DNA of 64,000 nucleotides from an uncultured delta proteobacterium (GCA_963735595.1 CAVTLK010000002.1:640001-704000), one strand, 5' to 3'. Positions 11,704 through 21,691 are shown, counted from the stretch's first letter. Numbers and translations: made by a program. Notes: generated from the sequence alone by a model not told the origin.

Positions 11704-12261
11704 GTGACACGATTACGGGAGAGGGACATGATAGTACAGGCAGACGCGAGAGAAGGCTACATCGAGCTTCCCAACAGCGGGAGGCAGAACTGCTTCGGGT
11801 GCAGCCCGAAGAACGCCTCGGGGCTCAAGATGACGTTCTACACCAACCGGAGCGTGGATGCGGTGGTCTCCTGGTTTTCGGTGCCCCCGCAGTTCTGCGG
11901 CTGGGGCACCCTGGTCCACGGGGGGATTATCTCGACCATGCTGGACGAGGCGATGGGCTGGGGGGCGCTGGTGATTTTAGGCAGGCTCGTGCTCTCCAAA
12001 ACGATCTCGGTGGAGTTCATCAGCCCGGTGCTCGCGGGGGCCGAGATACGGGTGGAGGGCAGCGTGCGCGACGTCGTCAGCGACAGGAAGGGCGTGATGC
12101 AGGGGTTCATCTACAGCAACAAGGATGTGCTCTGTGCGCGGGCGACCAGCGACGTGTCACTCTTTACGATGGACTATATCAGGAAGATGGGGGCGCTGGA
12201 CGAGGCGGTGCTCGGGGATTTGGAGACGCTGGTGAATTTCAGGGAGACGGTGGGGGAGTAG
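11704..12261 (+). CDS. PaaI family thioesterase
   Basis: CFGC.PKN..GL and VHGGIISTMLDEAMG hot-dog motif. Confidence 0.9.
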   Translation: MTRLRERDMIVQADAREGYIELPNSGRQNCFGCSPKNASGLKMTFYTNRSVDAVVSWFSVPPQFCGWGTLVHGGIISTMLDEAMGWGALVILGRLVLSKTISVEFISPVLAGAEIRVEGSVRDVVSDRKGVMQGFIYSNKDVLCARATSDVSLFTMDYIRKMGALDEAVLGDLETLVNFRETVGE

Positions 12262-12311
12262 GGGATAAACAGGAAACTGTCCTTTTTGTTGTACCGGAGT
12301 TAGTTAAGATT

Positions 12312-13367
12312 ATGACGTTCAAATGGATAGGAGCACCTGAAAAGGCTTATTACGTTCCGACCGAGGACCCAGTTTACGAAATTTGGCACGAATTAAGCTT
12401 TATTCTGAAGTATAACAAGTTTCTTAAGAAGCATAATTCGTCGTTTACAGACGATAGGCTCAACTTTATCATCGGTTCTTTTACTCAAGCCTTGGAATAT
12501 AAAGAAGCAGCTAATAGGTCAACTGATCATACACGACCACTTCTTTTGTACTACTGCTTCATGAATCTAGTTAAGGCTGTACTTTATACTATAGAAGACG
12601 AAGCCGTGAATCCGTACCACGGACTTAAGAAACCCATAATAGATAGAGATAATCTCCTTAATTCGGAAGTTTCTGTTGACGAAGGTGTATTTTACAGCCT
12701 TGCAAAAAGCACTAATACCATATTGGAGAGAGATTCTAAGATTCGTATTTCGGAAGTGCTAAGTCGAATTGTAGAAATGAAAAAGACATACGAAATGTAT
12801 TATGAGCTACAGTCGAATGTCATATGGTTAGATCCGAAAATATCATCAGAAGGCGCTTTTAGTTTCACCATAAATAAGCAGCAGGTAAAAACTATTGATG
12901 ATTTTGCTGCTAAATGGGAAAATTATCTTCCTATTCTTAAGGATAAGTTTAGTCTAATAGATGATACTGATTTAGGATTTCGGTTCTCATTTAAGGATAA
13001 GTATTTTGAAGAGGTTAAAAAGAAGTCCGTCTCTAGGCCTGATATTGATGAGTTTATAAAAAGTACAGGGAGTGAGCTTTTTATGAGAGATAAATCATCA
13101 GGCCTTTTCAGAGCTCATATGATCATATATTCTAGGGAATACGCCTGGCCACAAGTCATGTTTTATTATGCGATGTTATATTTCCTAAGCATGATCGTTA
13201 GATATGATCCGGATATTTGGTATGAAAATGTAATCGATAAGGAAAAAGGTGAAATTTGGGTTATTTCGAAGTTTTGTAAACTCGCTGAAAGAGTTATGCC
13301 TAATCTGCTTCTGGATTTGTTATACGGAATGAACTTTGTTTATACGTCATATGCAGGAATACTCTAG
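12312..13367 (+). CDS. YaaC-like protein (AT-rich islet)
   Basis: PLLLYYCFMNLVKAVL...HGL and YFLSMIVRYDPDIW match YaaC-family motifs. The true start is likely ATG 12312. Confidence 0.7.
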   Translation: MTFKWIGAPEKAYYVPTEDPVYEIWHELSFILKYNKFLKKHNSSFTDDRLNFIIGSFTQALEYKEAANRSTDHTRPLLLYYCFMNLVKAVLYTIEDEAVNPYHGLKKPIIDRDNLLNSEVSVDEGVFYSLAKSTNTILERDSKIRISEVLSRIVEMKKTYEMYYELQSNVIWLDPKISSEGAFSFTINKQQVKTIDDFAAKWENYLPILKDKFSLIDDTDLGFRFSFKDKYFEEVKKKSVSRPDIDEFIKSTGSELFMRDKSSGLFRAHMIIYSREYAWPQVMFYYAMLYFLSMIVRYDPDIWYENVIDKEKGEIWVISKFCKLAERVMPNLLLDLLYGMNFVYTSYAGIL

Positions 13368-13497
13368 TAGTGCCCTATTAAACAAATACAAAGGGGTCAA
13401 GTCTCCGTTTATCGCTTATTCCCAATAACCCGGAGCTAAAAAACTAATATATAATTAGAGTGTTCGCCCTGATTTACTCTATTAAAGAAGGTAGACT

Positions 13498-13983
13498 ATG
13501 ACTGAGAAGATAATTACTATTGACGACCTAAAAAAAGACCAGAAAGAGCAGCTTTTTAAGGCGTTGAGAAGGATGGGGAAGAGGTACCTTAAGTCAGCAT
13601 ATCGTGATGATTGGAGTTATGAAAACCCCGCGGACGGTTACTGCTACGTTATATCAGAAGTATTGTATAACTATAATTTATTCGGGATAGCCCCTGATGG
13701 TTGTAAACCATACTGCATCGTAGATAAGCCCATTCTCGGAATTTTTGGGGAGGACACGAGCCATTGGTTTATAAGAGATCCCCAAGGCTCTATTGTTGAC
13801 TTGACCGTATCAAAGAAGGACGATGTGCTTGATTACAATAAAGGCAAGCTGAAATCCTTTATGAAAGGAACACAGAAGGTATCGAAGAGGGGACGAATGC
13901 TGGCATATCTCTTGGGGTTGACCGATACGGTTGACCGGGATATTAGGAAGGATATTGACAGGATAGAGAAAAAGGTTTCATAA
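13498..13983 (+). CDS. Hypothetical protein, YunG-like (putative Cys-His-Asp fold)
   Basis: WSYENPADGYCYVISE...SHWF...IVDLT. AT-rich with an RBS. Confidence 0.55.
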   Translation: MTEKIITIDDLKKDQKEQLFKALRRMGKRYLKSAYRDDWSYENPADGYCYVISEVLYNYNLFGIAPDGCKPYCIVDKPILGIFGEDTSHWFIRDPQGSIVDLTVSKKDDVLDYNKGKLKSFMKGTQKVSKRGRMLAYLLGLTDTVDRDIRKDIDRIEKKVS

Positions 13984-14062
13984 GAGGGTTATTCCTTTGG
14001 TGAAAAAAACCCACTCCCCTTTCGAGGAGTGGGAAATCGGTTCACGTGTCAAACGCCCCGGA

Positions 14063-14230
14063 CTAAATGTTCAAAATTCCGAGGACCCTCAGCAGCCAGA
14101 GAATCAGCAAGATAATAACGACGATGTTGATGATCTGCTTGACTTTCTTTGGGATAGGGACGTAGGCGTTGACCAGCCAGAGAATAAGCACGACCACGAG
14201 CACGCTGATGATAATCGATAACCACGGCAT
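14063..14230 (-). CDS. Small two-TM protein, Thivi_2564-family-like (55 aa, absent from the ORF track)
   Basis: MPWLSIIISVLVVVLILWLVNAYVPIPKKVKQIINIVVIILLILWLLRVLGILNI*, with strong RBS GGAGGTGA. Confidence 0.8.
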   Translation of the reverse strand: MPWLSIIISVLVVVLILWLVNAYVPIPKKVKQIINIVVIILLILWLLRVLGILNI

Positions 14231-14393
14231 ATCGTATCACCTCCTTTTTCGTGACGTTATGCGCACCGGTTTGCACCCGGAAGGCGGCGCTGTTTATTCA
14301 CGGTTCGGTATATATCCATAAATACTATACCCGTTTTCCGCCCGCGTCAAGGGGCGCGAAAATCCCCGTGATGCGATGCGTGATTCCCCATTC

Positions 14394-14445
14394 GTCATTG
14401 CGAGGAGGCTTTAGCCGACGCGGCAATCTCCTCGTTGCCAAAGGC
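14394..14445. repeat. Single GTCATTGCGAG...GCAATCTC hairpin unit
   Basis: Same family as 8650, 15901, 48753 and 55660. Confidence 0.7.
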
Positions 14446-14536
14446 GATAGAATCGTTAGTGCCTCCGGCGGTGAAGTAAGACGGACACCACATGTGGTGT
14501 CCCTACGGGTACTGAAACGAATCGTCCTTACACCTC

Positions 14537-14603
14537 GTAGGGGCACGACTTGTCGTGCCCGCGCACGCACGGGCAACCGGCGGTTGCCCGTGGCACCCGG
14601 CGC
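14537..14603. repeat. GTAG-type REP palindrome plus CACGG...CCGTGGCACCCG palindrome (copy 2)
   Basis: GTAGGGGCACGACTTGTCGTGCCC followed by CACGGGCAACCGGCGGTTGCCCGTGGCACCCGG. Confidence 0.65.
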
Positions 14604-14958
14604 CGAGGACGGGTGAGATTACGATACGGAATTAAGTATGGTGTCCCCTTAATTCCTTAATCCAGTCAACTCTCGTATATCCACCCTTGCCATGCGTAAA
14701 TATCTCCATTTTCGACAATACCCCGTTTAGTCATAAAATTTAATGAACAAAGCCGCGGTTTGGTGTTGAATAGCTGTCCGAACATGTACTATAATACACT
14801 ATACAAAATCCACCCATCGAGAGGAGAAGGACACCGAAACCGGCCGGTTTTCGAAGCGCCGACGGGCGCTTCCGGGTGAGTTCTTAATCGATCTACCACT
14901 ACTAAATCTTTCTTGTTCTATCTGAATATGAAAACCTGTATAATTTGAGGAGGGAGAC

Positions 14959-15837
14959 GTGGCCGAACAAGAAAACACTCTCACGTGGGACCCGGAGAAG
15001 GGCTCGATACGCCTGACCCGCGGGGGGGAGATCCACCGGGCTTTTTTGATGCGGAAGGGGTTCATGGACTCTTTCTTCGACGAGATCCTCAAGGTCGAGG
15101 GGAAAGACGCCCTCTCGATGACGATCCGCAAGGTCCTCGAAAAAACGGGGGCGCTCACCGCCGACACCGAAAAGCCGACTGTCGAGACGCTGGCGAAACT
15201 GAGGGACGGTTTCGTGCTTCCCCTCTCCGTCGCCGGGAGCACTATCCCCGAACTCTTCACCCATCCCGACAATACGAGGGAATTCGTCCTGTTCGGGTCG
15301 TCGGTCTATTTCGTCGAGATGGTGCAGTTTGCCAACGTCTTCAAGGAGGTCACCGCCGATATCCTGACCCCCCGCGGGGCGCGGGCGATCATCAGGGCCG
15401 TCGGCAGGCGGGCGGGCATGACCGTGGGGGACGCCGCGCGGGCCAACTACAGCTGGACCGACATAGACAGCACGACGGCCGCCCTCGACCAGCAGGTGCG
15501 GTTCATCTTTCCCCTCATGGGGTGGGGAAATACCTCGGTGACCGCCACGAAGGGGGCCGACGGGAACTACCTGATGTTTTACCGGTGCATGAACACCTTT
15601 GAATCCGAAGGCGTCACGTCTCAACAGCCGACCTGCATCATATTCGCCTCGTTTTTGGAAGGGATCAGCGAAAGCATCGCCCTGGCGCTCACCGGGCAGG
15701 TCGCCGAGTGCCACGAGGTCAGGTGCGTCGCCATGGGACACCCGCACTGCGCCTTTGCCGTGAAGCTCAAGGAAAAGGGGAGCCCGCCCATAGACCGGGC
15801 GGAGCTGGAAGGGGAGTGGGCGGCCCTCGATACGTAG
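14959..15837 (+). CDS. V4R domain protein
   Basis: LMGWG, PTCIIFASFLEG...ECHEVRCVAMGHPHCAF. Confidence 0.85.
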   Translation: MAEQENTLTWDPEKGSIRLTRGGEIHRAFLMRKGFMDSFFDEILKVEGKDALSMTIRKVLEKTGALTADTEKPTVETLAKLRDGFVLPLSVAGSTIPELFTHPDNTREFVLFGSSVYFVEMVQFANVFKEVTADILTPRGARAIIRAVGRRAGMTVGDAARANYSWTDIDSTTAALDQQVRFIFPLMGWGNTSVTATKGADGNYLMFYRCMNTFESEGVTSQQPTCIIFASFLEGISESIALALTGQVAECHEVRCVAMGHPHCAFAVKLKEKGSPPIDRAELEGEWAALDT

Positions 15838-15900
15838 CTGGTCTCCCGAGCGACGTAAAAGGGCGCCCGACAGGCGGTACCGCAGGCAGGGACCATATCA

Positions 15901-16086
15901 GTCGTTGCGAGGGAGCCCCGGCGACCGAAGCAATCTCCTCGTTGCCAAAGGCCAAAGAGTCGTTCATGCCTCCGGCGGCGTGGTTGCCACGGCTCCTGCG
16001 GGGCCTCGCAATGACAATAGTAATCGTCGCCAAGGGCGACATGGTTAAGCATTGCCGCGTCGGCCTATCGGCCTCCTCGCAATGAC
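15901..16086. repeat. Cluster of three GTCnTTGCGAG/CTCGCAATGAC hairpin units
   Basis: One forward unit at 15901 and two reverse units ending at 16015 and 16086. Confidence 0.7.
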
Positions 16087-16195
16087 GGGGGGGCGTTCAG
16101 CTGTGTTCTATGTCCTGCACAGTAGTCGCGCTACCGGCTGTAATTAGAAACCCGCGTTCACGGGTATAATTATCATCACGTAAGGGTTTTGTGAG

Positions 16196-16708
16196 ATGAA
16201 CGAGACAAAAACCTTCTCCTCCTTTCCCCTCCGGTACGTCGTCGCCTATAACGCCTTCTCCCTCTCGGTCTACGCCCTCGGCGTGGCGATCGTCGCGCCG
16301 GCGGGGTGGTGGGCCGTGGGGCTGTACGTCATCTTTTGCCTGGGGGTCGAGTTCAACGTCGTGCGGAGGAGCTGCGTCGACTGTTTCTACTACGGCACGA
16401 CCTGCGCCTCCGGCAAGGGGCGGCTCTGCGCCCGGCTCTTCACAAAGGGAGACCCCGCGCGTTTTGCCGCGCGCGAGATTTCGTGGACCGCCCTCATCCC
16501 CGACTTCCTGGTCTTCATCATCCCCGCCGTCGTGGGGGCCGTGCTGCTGGTGATCGATTTTACGTGGTGGCGGGCGGCGCTGGTCGGGGCGATCGTCGTC
16601 GTTTCCTTTGCCGGCAACGCCATCGTCCACACGGCGTTTGCCTGTAAGTATTGTAAACAGCGCGAGATCGGCTGCCCGGCGGAGAGGCTGTTTTCGAAGG
16701 AGAAATGA
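16196..16708 (+). CDS. Hypothetical membrane protein with Cys motifs
   Basis: About 4 TM segments, CVDCFYYGTTC and CKYCKQREIGCP. Confidence 0.75.
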   Translation: MNETKTFSSFPLRYVVAYNAFSLSVYALGVAIVAPAGWWAVGLYVIFCLGVEFNVVRRSCVDCFYYGTTCASGKGRLCARLFTKGDPARFAAREISWTALIPDFLVFIIPAVVGAVLLVIDFTWWRAALVGAIVVVSFAGNAIVHTAFACKYCKQREIGCPAERLFSKEK

Positions 16709-16742
16709 AAACTACAGCGCGGCTTCCCGGTGACAGTCAGGG

Positions 16743-16958
16743 GATTGCCGCGTCGGCCTGCGGCCTCCTCGCAATGACAATATTAACTGCCGCCGGGGGC
16801 GGCGTTTTTAAGCGTTGTCGTGTCCGGCAGCCTGCTCCTCACGGACAACGAGGTTGTCCGTGGCACCCGACGCACCGTACCGACGGATTCACCACGAAGG
16901 CACGAAGGGGAAAGGACTCCGTCTTTGTGCCTTTGTGCCTTCGTGTAATTGTGGTGGA
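16743..16958. repeat. Mixed repeat cluster (CTCGCAATGAC unit, CACGG..CCGTGGCACCCG copy 3, CACCACGAAGGCACGAAG inverted repeat)
   Basis: Direct inspection of 16743-16778, 16840-16873 and 16888-16958. Confidence 0.65.
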
Positions 16959-17299
16959 AAAGAAGCGCTCGTCGGTAGAGAAGGGCGGCTGGTTGCCGCG
17001 GCTCCCTGCACGTCGTACACCGGATCTTTGTTTCCGTTACGCCTTCCTTCCCTCCTCATATATCTCGTAGACGCACTCCTTGTCTCCACTGGCCTTGCAG
17101 CCGGCTTCCCCGCACCGGGCATTTTCGAACCCGGCCGCGCGCCGCTATTTGATTGAAAATCCGTCCCCGTAATGCTTTAATACTATCAGGGGGGAAACAG
17201 CGGGCGGGCAGAGAGGCGGCCCCCGCTCTCCCTCGGGACGCACGGAACGGAGCTATCGGGCCGACGGGGCCTTCACATCATCGCATCGGGTGGCCGATT

Positions 17300-18502
17300 A
17301 TGGCAAAAGAGACAAAGACCGATATACGATTTGCCGGGAGGGCCGCGGGCGGGTCAGAAACGACGCTGCACCGGGTCTTCGTGGCGGCCGCGGCCAAGGG
17401 CGTCATCTCCTTTGCCGGCGGGTTTCCGAACAAGCGGTTTTTCCCCGCGCGCGAAATCGGGGAGGCGGCCGCCAGGGTGTTGGCCGAAAACGCGCACGAG
17501 GCCCTGCAGTATTCGATAGCCGAGGGATACTTGCCGCTGCGCGAGTATATCTGCGGGCGCTATCACGAAAAGCAGGGGCTTTCGGTAGACCCGGACGAGA
17601 TACTGATCACCAACGGCTCGCAGCAGGCCATCGACCTGATCGCGCGGGTGATGCTGAACGAGGGGGATTTCGCGGCGATAGAGTGCCCCGGCTACCTCGG
17701 GGCGATCGACGCGCTCTCGTTTTACCGGCCCCGGTTCCTCCCCGTCCCGATGACGGACGAAGGGCCCGACCCGGACGCGCTCAAGGCGGCGCTCACCGGC
17801 CGCAGCGTAAAGATCTTCTACGGCGTGCCCAGCTTCCAGAACCCCACCGGCATCAGCTATTCGGCTAAACGGCGGCAGCGGGTTGCGGAAATCATCCAAT
17901 CGACCCGCACGCTCCTGGTGGAAGACAACCCCTACGAGGAGCTCAGGTTCATCGGAGAGCCGCTCCCGCCGATAAAGGGCGCCCTCGGGGGACAGGGGGT
18001 GCTGCTCGGGTCGTTTTCTAAAATCATTGCGCCGGGGCTGAGGATCGGCTGGATTTGCGCCGACCGGCAGATCATGAAGCGTCTCACGGCCGCTAAACAC
18101 GCGGCCGACCTCCATACCGACATCTTCATCCAGCACGTGCTGCACCGCTACGTGACCGACAATGACATCGACGAGCATATCACGGAGATCCGGGAAGTAT
18201 ACGGCAACCAGCGCAACGCCATGATACGGCTGATAGAGGATCATTTCCCGTCCGAGGTGGGCTTCACGCGGCCCGAGGGCGGGCTCTTTCTCTGGATGAC
18301 GCTGCCGCACGGCGTTTCGTCGACGGCACTGTTTGAGCGGGGGCTGGAGAACGGCGTGGTGGTCGTACCGGGGACCGCATTTTACCCGGGGGGCGACGGC
18401 GGCGATAACGCGATCCGGCTCAATTTTTCGGGCGTTGACGAGGACGAGATCAACGTGGGGATGCGCGTGCTGGCCGGCGTGGTCAGGCAGATGATCACAT
18501 AG
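17300..18502 (+). CDS. PLP-dependent class I/II aminotransferase (LysN/2-aminoadipate transaminase-like)
   Basis: ISFAGGFP, ITNGSQQA, FQNPTG, EDNPY and SFSKIIAPGLRIGW. Confidence 0.92.
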   Translation: MAKETKTDIRFAGRAAGGSETTLHRVFVAAAAKGVISFAGGFPNKRFFPAREIGEAAARVLAENAHEALQYSIAEGYLPLREYICGRYHEKQGLSVDPDEILITNGSQQAIDLIARVMLNEGDFAAIECPGYLGAIDALSFYRPRFLPVPMTDEGPDPDALKAALTGRSVKIFYGVPSFQNPTGISYSAKRRQRVAEIIQSTRTLLVEDNPYEELRFIGEPLPPIKGALGGQGVLLGSFSKIIAPGLRIGWICADRQIMKRLTAAKHAADLHTDIFIQHVLHRYVTDNDIDEHITEIREVYGNQRNAMIRLIEDHFPSEVGFTRPEGGLFLWMTLPHGVSSTALFERGLENGVVVVPGTAFYPGGDGGDNAIRLNFSGVDEDEINVGMRVLAGVVRQMIT

Positions 18503-18634
18503 GCTGCCCCCGGCGGGGCATCAAATTAAAGAGACGGGGAGGGGGCATAGCCGCCCCCTCCCCGTGCGTTGACCGGCGACCTGGTGATCCGTTCCACTGG
18601 CCGGTGAAACGAGGGACGCGCGCGAAGGCCGGCG

Positions 18635-19621
18635 TTACTTGATGACCACGTCGGCCCGCTTGATGACTTTCGTTGGGATGGTCACCCCGTATTTCTTGGC
18701 CGCGGGAAGGCTCACGTAGAGCAGGAATTCATTGAGGATCTCAACGGGCATATCCCCCGGGTTTGCCCCCTTCAATATCCGTATGGCCATCGCGCCGGTC
18801 TGCCTGCCGAGGCGATAGGGGTCGATGGCGACGGCGGCCATAGCCCCCCGCTCGACCGACAGGACGCTCGAGGCAAAGAGCGGGATACGGTTTTCTTCGC
18901 ACACCTTCGTCACCGATTCGAAGGCGGAGGTAACGGTGTTGTCGGTTGGGATGTGGATGACATCTACCCTGCCGACGAGGCTTTCGGCGGCAGTCATAAC
19001 GTCTCCCGAATTGCTGACGGTCGCCTCAATAAGGGTCATCCCGAGCCGGGCGGCCTCTTTCCTGGCCCAGGTCATGTAGGTGACCGAGTTAGGCTCGCCG
19101 GCATTGTAGATGACCCCGATCTTTTTCGCGTCGGGGGCGATCTCGCGGATCAGGTCAAAGTGCCGGTCCACCGGGGTAACGTAGGAGGAGCCGGTAACGT
19201 TCTTTTTCCCCCCGTCAAGCGACGATACCAGGCCCGCGTCGACCGGGTCGGTCACCGCGGCAAAGAGGATCGGGACCGTTTCGGTGGCCCGCACCAGCGG
19301 CTGTGACGACGGGGTGCTGATGGCAAGGATCAGGTCGGGATTCATCCCGACGAGCTTGTTGGCGATGAGGACCGAGGCGCCCATATCGCCCTGGGCGATG
19401 TTGATATCATACGTGACGGTCGAGCCTTCCTTGTACCCGTTTTCGGCAAGGTAGTCGATAAAGCCCCTGCGGATATCATCCAGTGACGGGTGCTCGACGA
19501 TCTGGGTTATGCCGATGAGGACTTTTGCCTTCTCTTTTTCCGCCGCCCAGACGGGGACGGATACGAGAGAGACTATCGTGAGGGCCGCGAAAAATAGCGC
19601 AATTCTTTTCATTTTCCACAC
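18635..19621 (-). CDS. ABC transporter substrate-binding protein (TrpX/DUF534-like)
   Basis: Signal peptide, QIVEHPSLD, FAAVTDPV.AGLV and IPTDNTV. Confidence 0.88.
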   Translation of the reverse strand: MWKMKRIALFFAALTIVSLVSVPVWAAEKEKAKVLIGITQIVEHPSLDDIRRGFIDYLAENGYKEGSTVTYDINIAQGDMGASVLIANKLVGMNPDLILAISTPSSQPLVRATETVPILFAAVTDPVDAGLVSSLDGGKKNVTGSSYVTPVDRHFDLIREIAPDAKKIGVIYNAGEPNSVTYMTWARKEAARLGMTLIEATVSNSGDVMTAAESLVGRVDVIHIPTDNTVTSAFESVTKVCEENRIPLFASSVLSVERGAMAAVAIDPYRLGRQTGAMAIRILKGANPGDMPVEILNEFLLYVSLPAAKKYGVTIPTKVIKRADVVIK

Positions 19622-19814
19622 CTCCTCCTGGGTGATGAGAGATTACGACGCGAAACGTGTCACAATTCTACCACGTTATTCCTAAATGTAAATACGGTCG
19701 AGCCGTTTTGGGACGCGCGGTTGCCCCCCCCCGGGCCCCTATTTTCGGTTTGTATCGGCGGGGCGGTGATAGTATACTTGTTAAACTGATACGCTACCGA
19801 TGCGGAGGTACGCC

Positions 19815-20375
19815 ATGAAGGCGAAGAAGCGGGTTACCCTTATAGCCGGCATTATCGTCGTCTCGACGCTGTTTCTCTTCGGGGGTTTTTGCCTCGAATC
19901 GCCGTCGGCGATGCTGGTCGGCATCGCCAAGGGACAGGCCGGACGCGGGGAGTATGACAAGGCGATCGTGACCTTCAACACGGCGCTGGAAAAATCGCCG
20001 AACTCCTGGTACGTCTACCTGAACCGGGGCGAGTTTTACCTCGAGATCGAGCGCTACGAAGAGGCGGCCGCCGACCTTACCCGCGTCATCGAGCTTTACC
20101 CCAGGTACCACTCCATCTACAAGATCTACGCCGAGCGGGGCGACGCCTGCCGGAAGCTCGGCCGCCATTACAGCGCGATCGCCGACTACAAGACGGCCCT
20201 TTCCCTCAGGCCGAACCACGCTCCGGCGCTCTACGGGCGGGGGCTGTCGCTGGCCGAGATCGGCATGCGCACGGAGGCGTTGGCCGACCTGGGAGGCGCC
20301 TGCGGGCTGAAACTCGAAGCGGCGTGCGATGCGTACAGGGAACTGGCGGCGCGCGCCCCGGGGGGAGCGCCGTGA
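19815..20375 (+). CDS. Tetratricopeptide repeat protein
   Basis: N-terminal TM segment and repeated YLNRG/YAERG/LYGRG TPR helices. Confidence 0.85.
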   Translation: MKAKKRVTLIAGIIVVSTLFLFGGFCLESPSAMLVGIAKGQAGRGEYDKAIVTFNTALEKSPNSWYVYLNRGEFYLEIERYEEAAADLTRVIELYPRYHSIYKIYAERGDACRKLGRHYSAIADYKTALSLRPNHAPALYGRGLSLAEIGMRTEALADLGGACGLKLEAACDAYRELAARAPGGAP

Positions 20376-20860
20376 CATCCCCTATCACCCCTATTACTTA
20401 CAAGACGCTCACCAGGGACGACATCGGGTCAATCCGGCCGCTGTGGGAGGCGCTCAACCGGCTCCACCGGGAACGGTCGGCCGATTTCAAGGAGCATTTC
20501 AGGACCACTACCTTTGAGCGGCGGATCGAAAAGTTCCTCGCTCTGCCCGACGACCGCCTGTACGTGCGCGCGGCGGAAGACTCCGGTGCGATCGTCGGTT
20601 ATGTCGTGGCAACCGTCTCGGCCGGGGGGGCCGGTGAGATCGACTCGATATTCATCGAAGACGAGTACCGCGCCCGCGGTGTCGGCAGCGCGCTGATGGA
20701 TCAGGCGCTCGCATGGCTCTCGGCGGCGGGGTGCCGCGAGATCAGCGTGGGGGTCGCCGTGGGCAACGAGGAGGCATTCGGGTTTTACCGGCGCTTCGGC
20801 TTTTACCCGCGGATGACGATCCTTGTGCGAAAAGAGAAGGGGGAGCGGGGCGGCCGTTAG
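20372..20860 (+). CDS. GNAT family N-acetyltransferase
   Basis: IDSIFIEDEYRARGVGSALM and GNEEAFGFYRRFGF. Confidence 0.9.
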   Translation: MTSPITPITYKTLTRDDIGSIRPLWEALNRLHRERSADFKEHFRTTTFERRIEKFLALPDDRLYVRAAEDSGAIVGYVVATVSAGGAGEIDSIFIEDEYRARGVGSALMDQALAWLSAAGCREISVGVAVGNEEAFGFYRRFGFYPRMTILVRKEKGERGGR

Positions 20861-21157
20861 CGAGAAGGGTCGGTTACGGGAAGACGTCTTGCTCCGGCAT
20901 TTTCGTCTATCGGCAGGGACCATGAGGCGCGGGCCCACCCCGGCCGTGTCCGCGGACTTTGACACGGGCCGCTGCGCGAAAGGAATAACGAACCTACGGC
21001 ATATATCTCCCGCTGGTGCCCGTGCCGGGTTTATCTGCCCGAACACCTCTTGCCGCCTATAACTTATATATAAATAATAATGCTTTACATCATACATTAT
21101 ATGTGATAATATTTAACTCTTTTGTACACCAATTAGTAATTAGTGAGGAGGCACTGT

Positions 21158-21565
21158 ATGAAATCTCTTAAAGTGATAGTCATCCTGGCGCTTACTGTCC
21201 TTCTGGTAGTTGCCGTGTTGCCCGGGTGTAAGAAGGCGCCGGAGACGATGACCCCCACGGCCGTCGTCGACGATATTTCGACCCAGAGGGATCAGTATAT
21301 CCAGGAATTCCAGACCAAGGTAGACGAATACCAGGTAAAGATAGATGAGCTCAAGGCAAAGGCCGAGTCAGCGTCCGGAACGGTAAAGGACGAACTGAAC
21401 CAGAAGATCGAGATGCTGACGGCCAAGCAGGAGGAGGCCAAGAGTAAGATCGAAGAGATCAAAACCGCCGGCGCCGACACGTGGGACAACGTAAAGGCCG
21501 GCAGTGATCTCATCCTATCCGACCTCGAAAAGCTCTATAACGATGCGATATCGCTGATCAGGTAA
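21158..21565 (+). CDS. Coiled-coil lipoprotein
   Basis: Lipobox LPGC, a charged heptad region and RBS GAGGAGG. Confidence 0.75.
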   Translation: MKSLKVIVILALTVLLVVAVLPGCKKAPETMTPTAVVDDISTQRDQYIQEFQTKVDEYQVKIDELKAKAESASGTVKDELNQKIEMLTAKQEEAKSKIEEIKTAGADTWDNVKAGSDLILSDLEKLYNDAISLIR

Positions 21566-21691
21566 GTACGCATAGAAAAGGCCGCGCAACGGTTTGTTGC
21601 CCGGCCGGATGGGACAGCCGCCGGAATACCGGCCATACTATTGACTATCAGGGGAGAGCGCGTGTCGCTCTCCCCTGTTTTCGTGTGGTTG

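Noticed and set aside
11799..13367. 522-aa ORF as a single protein
   Set aside because: The first ~170 codons are an off-frame overlap of the PaaI gene. The plausible protein starts at ATG 12312, where composition changes.
13368..13497. Integron attC site between the AT-rich genes
   Set aside because: No convincing RYYYAAC...GTTRRRY inverted structure and no integrase in the window.
14394..16958. CRISPR array
   Set aside because: The repeats are dispersed, inverted and irregularly spaced, and there are no cas genes.
17160..17299. Riboswitch/T-box leader upstream of the aminotransferase
   Set aside because: GC-rich and potentially structured, but no recognisable conserved aptamer motif.
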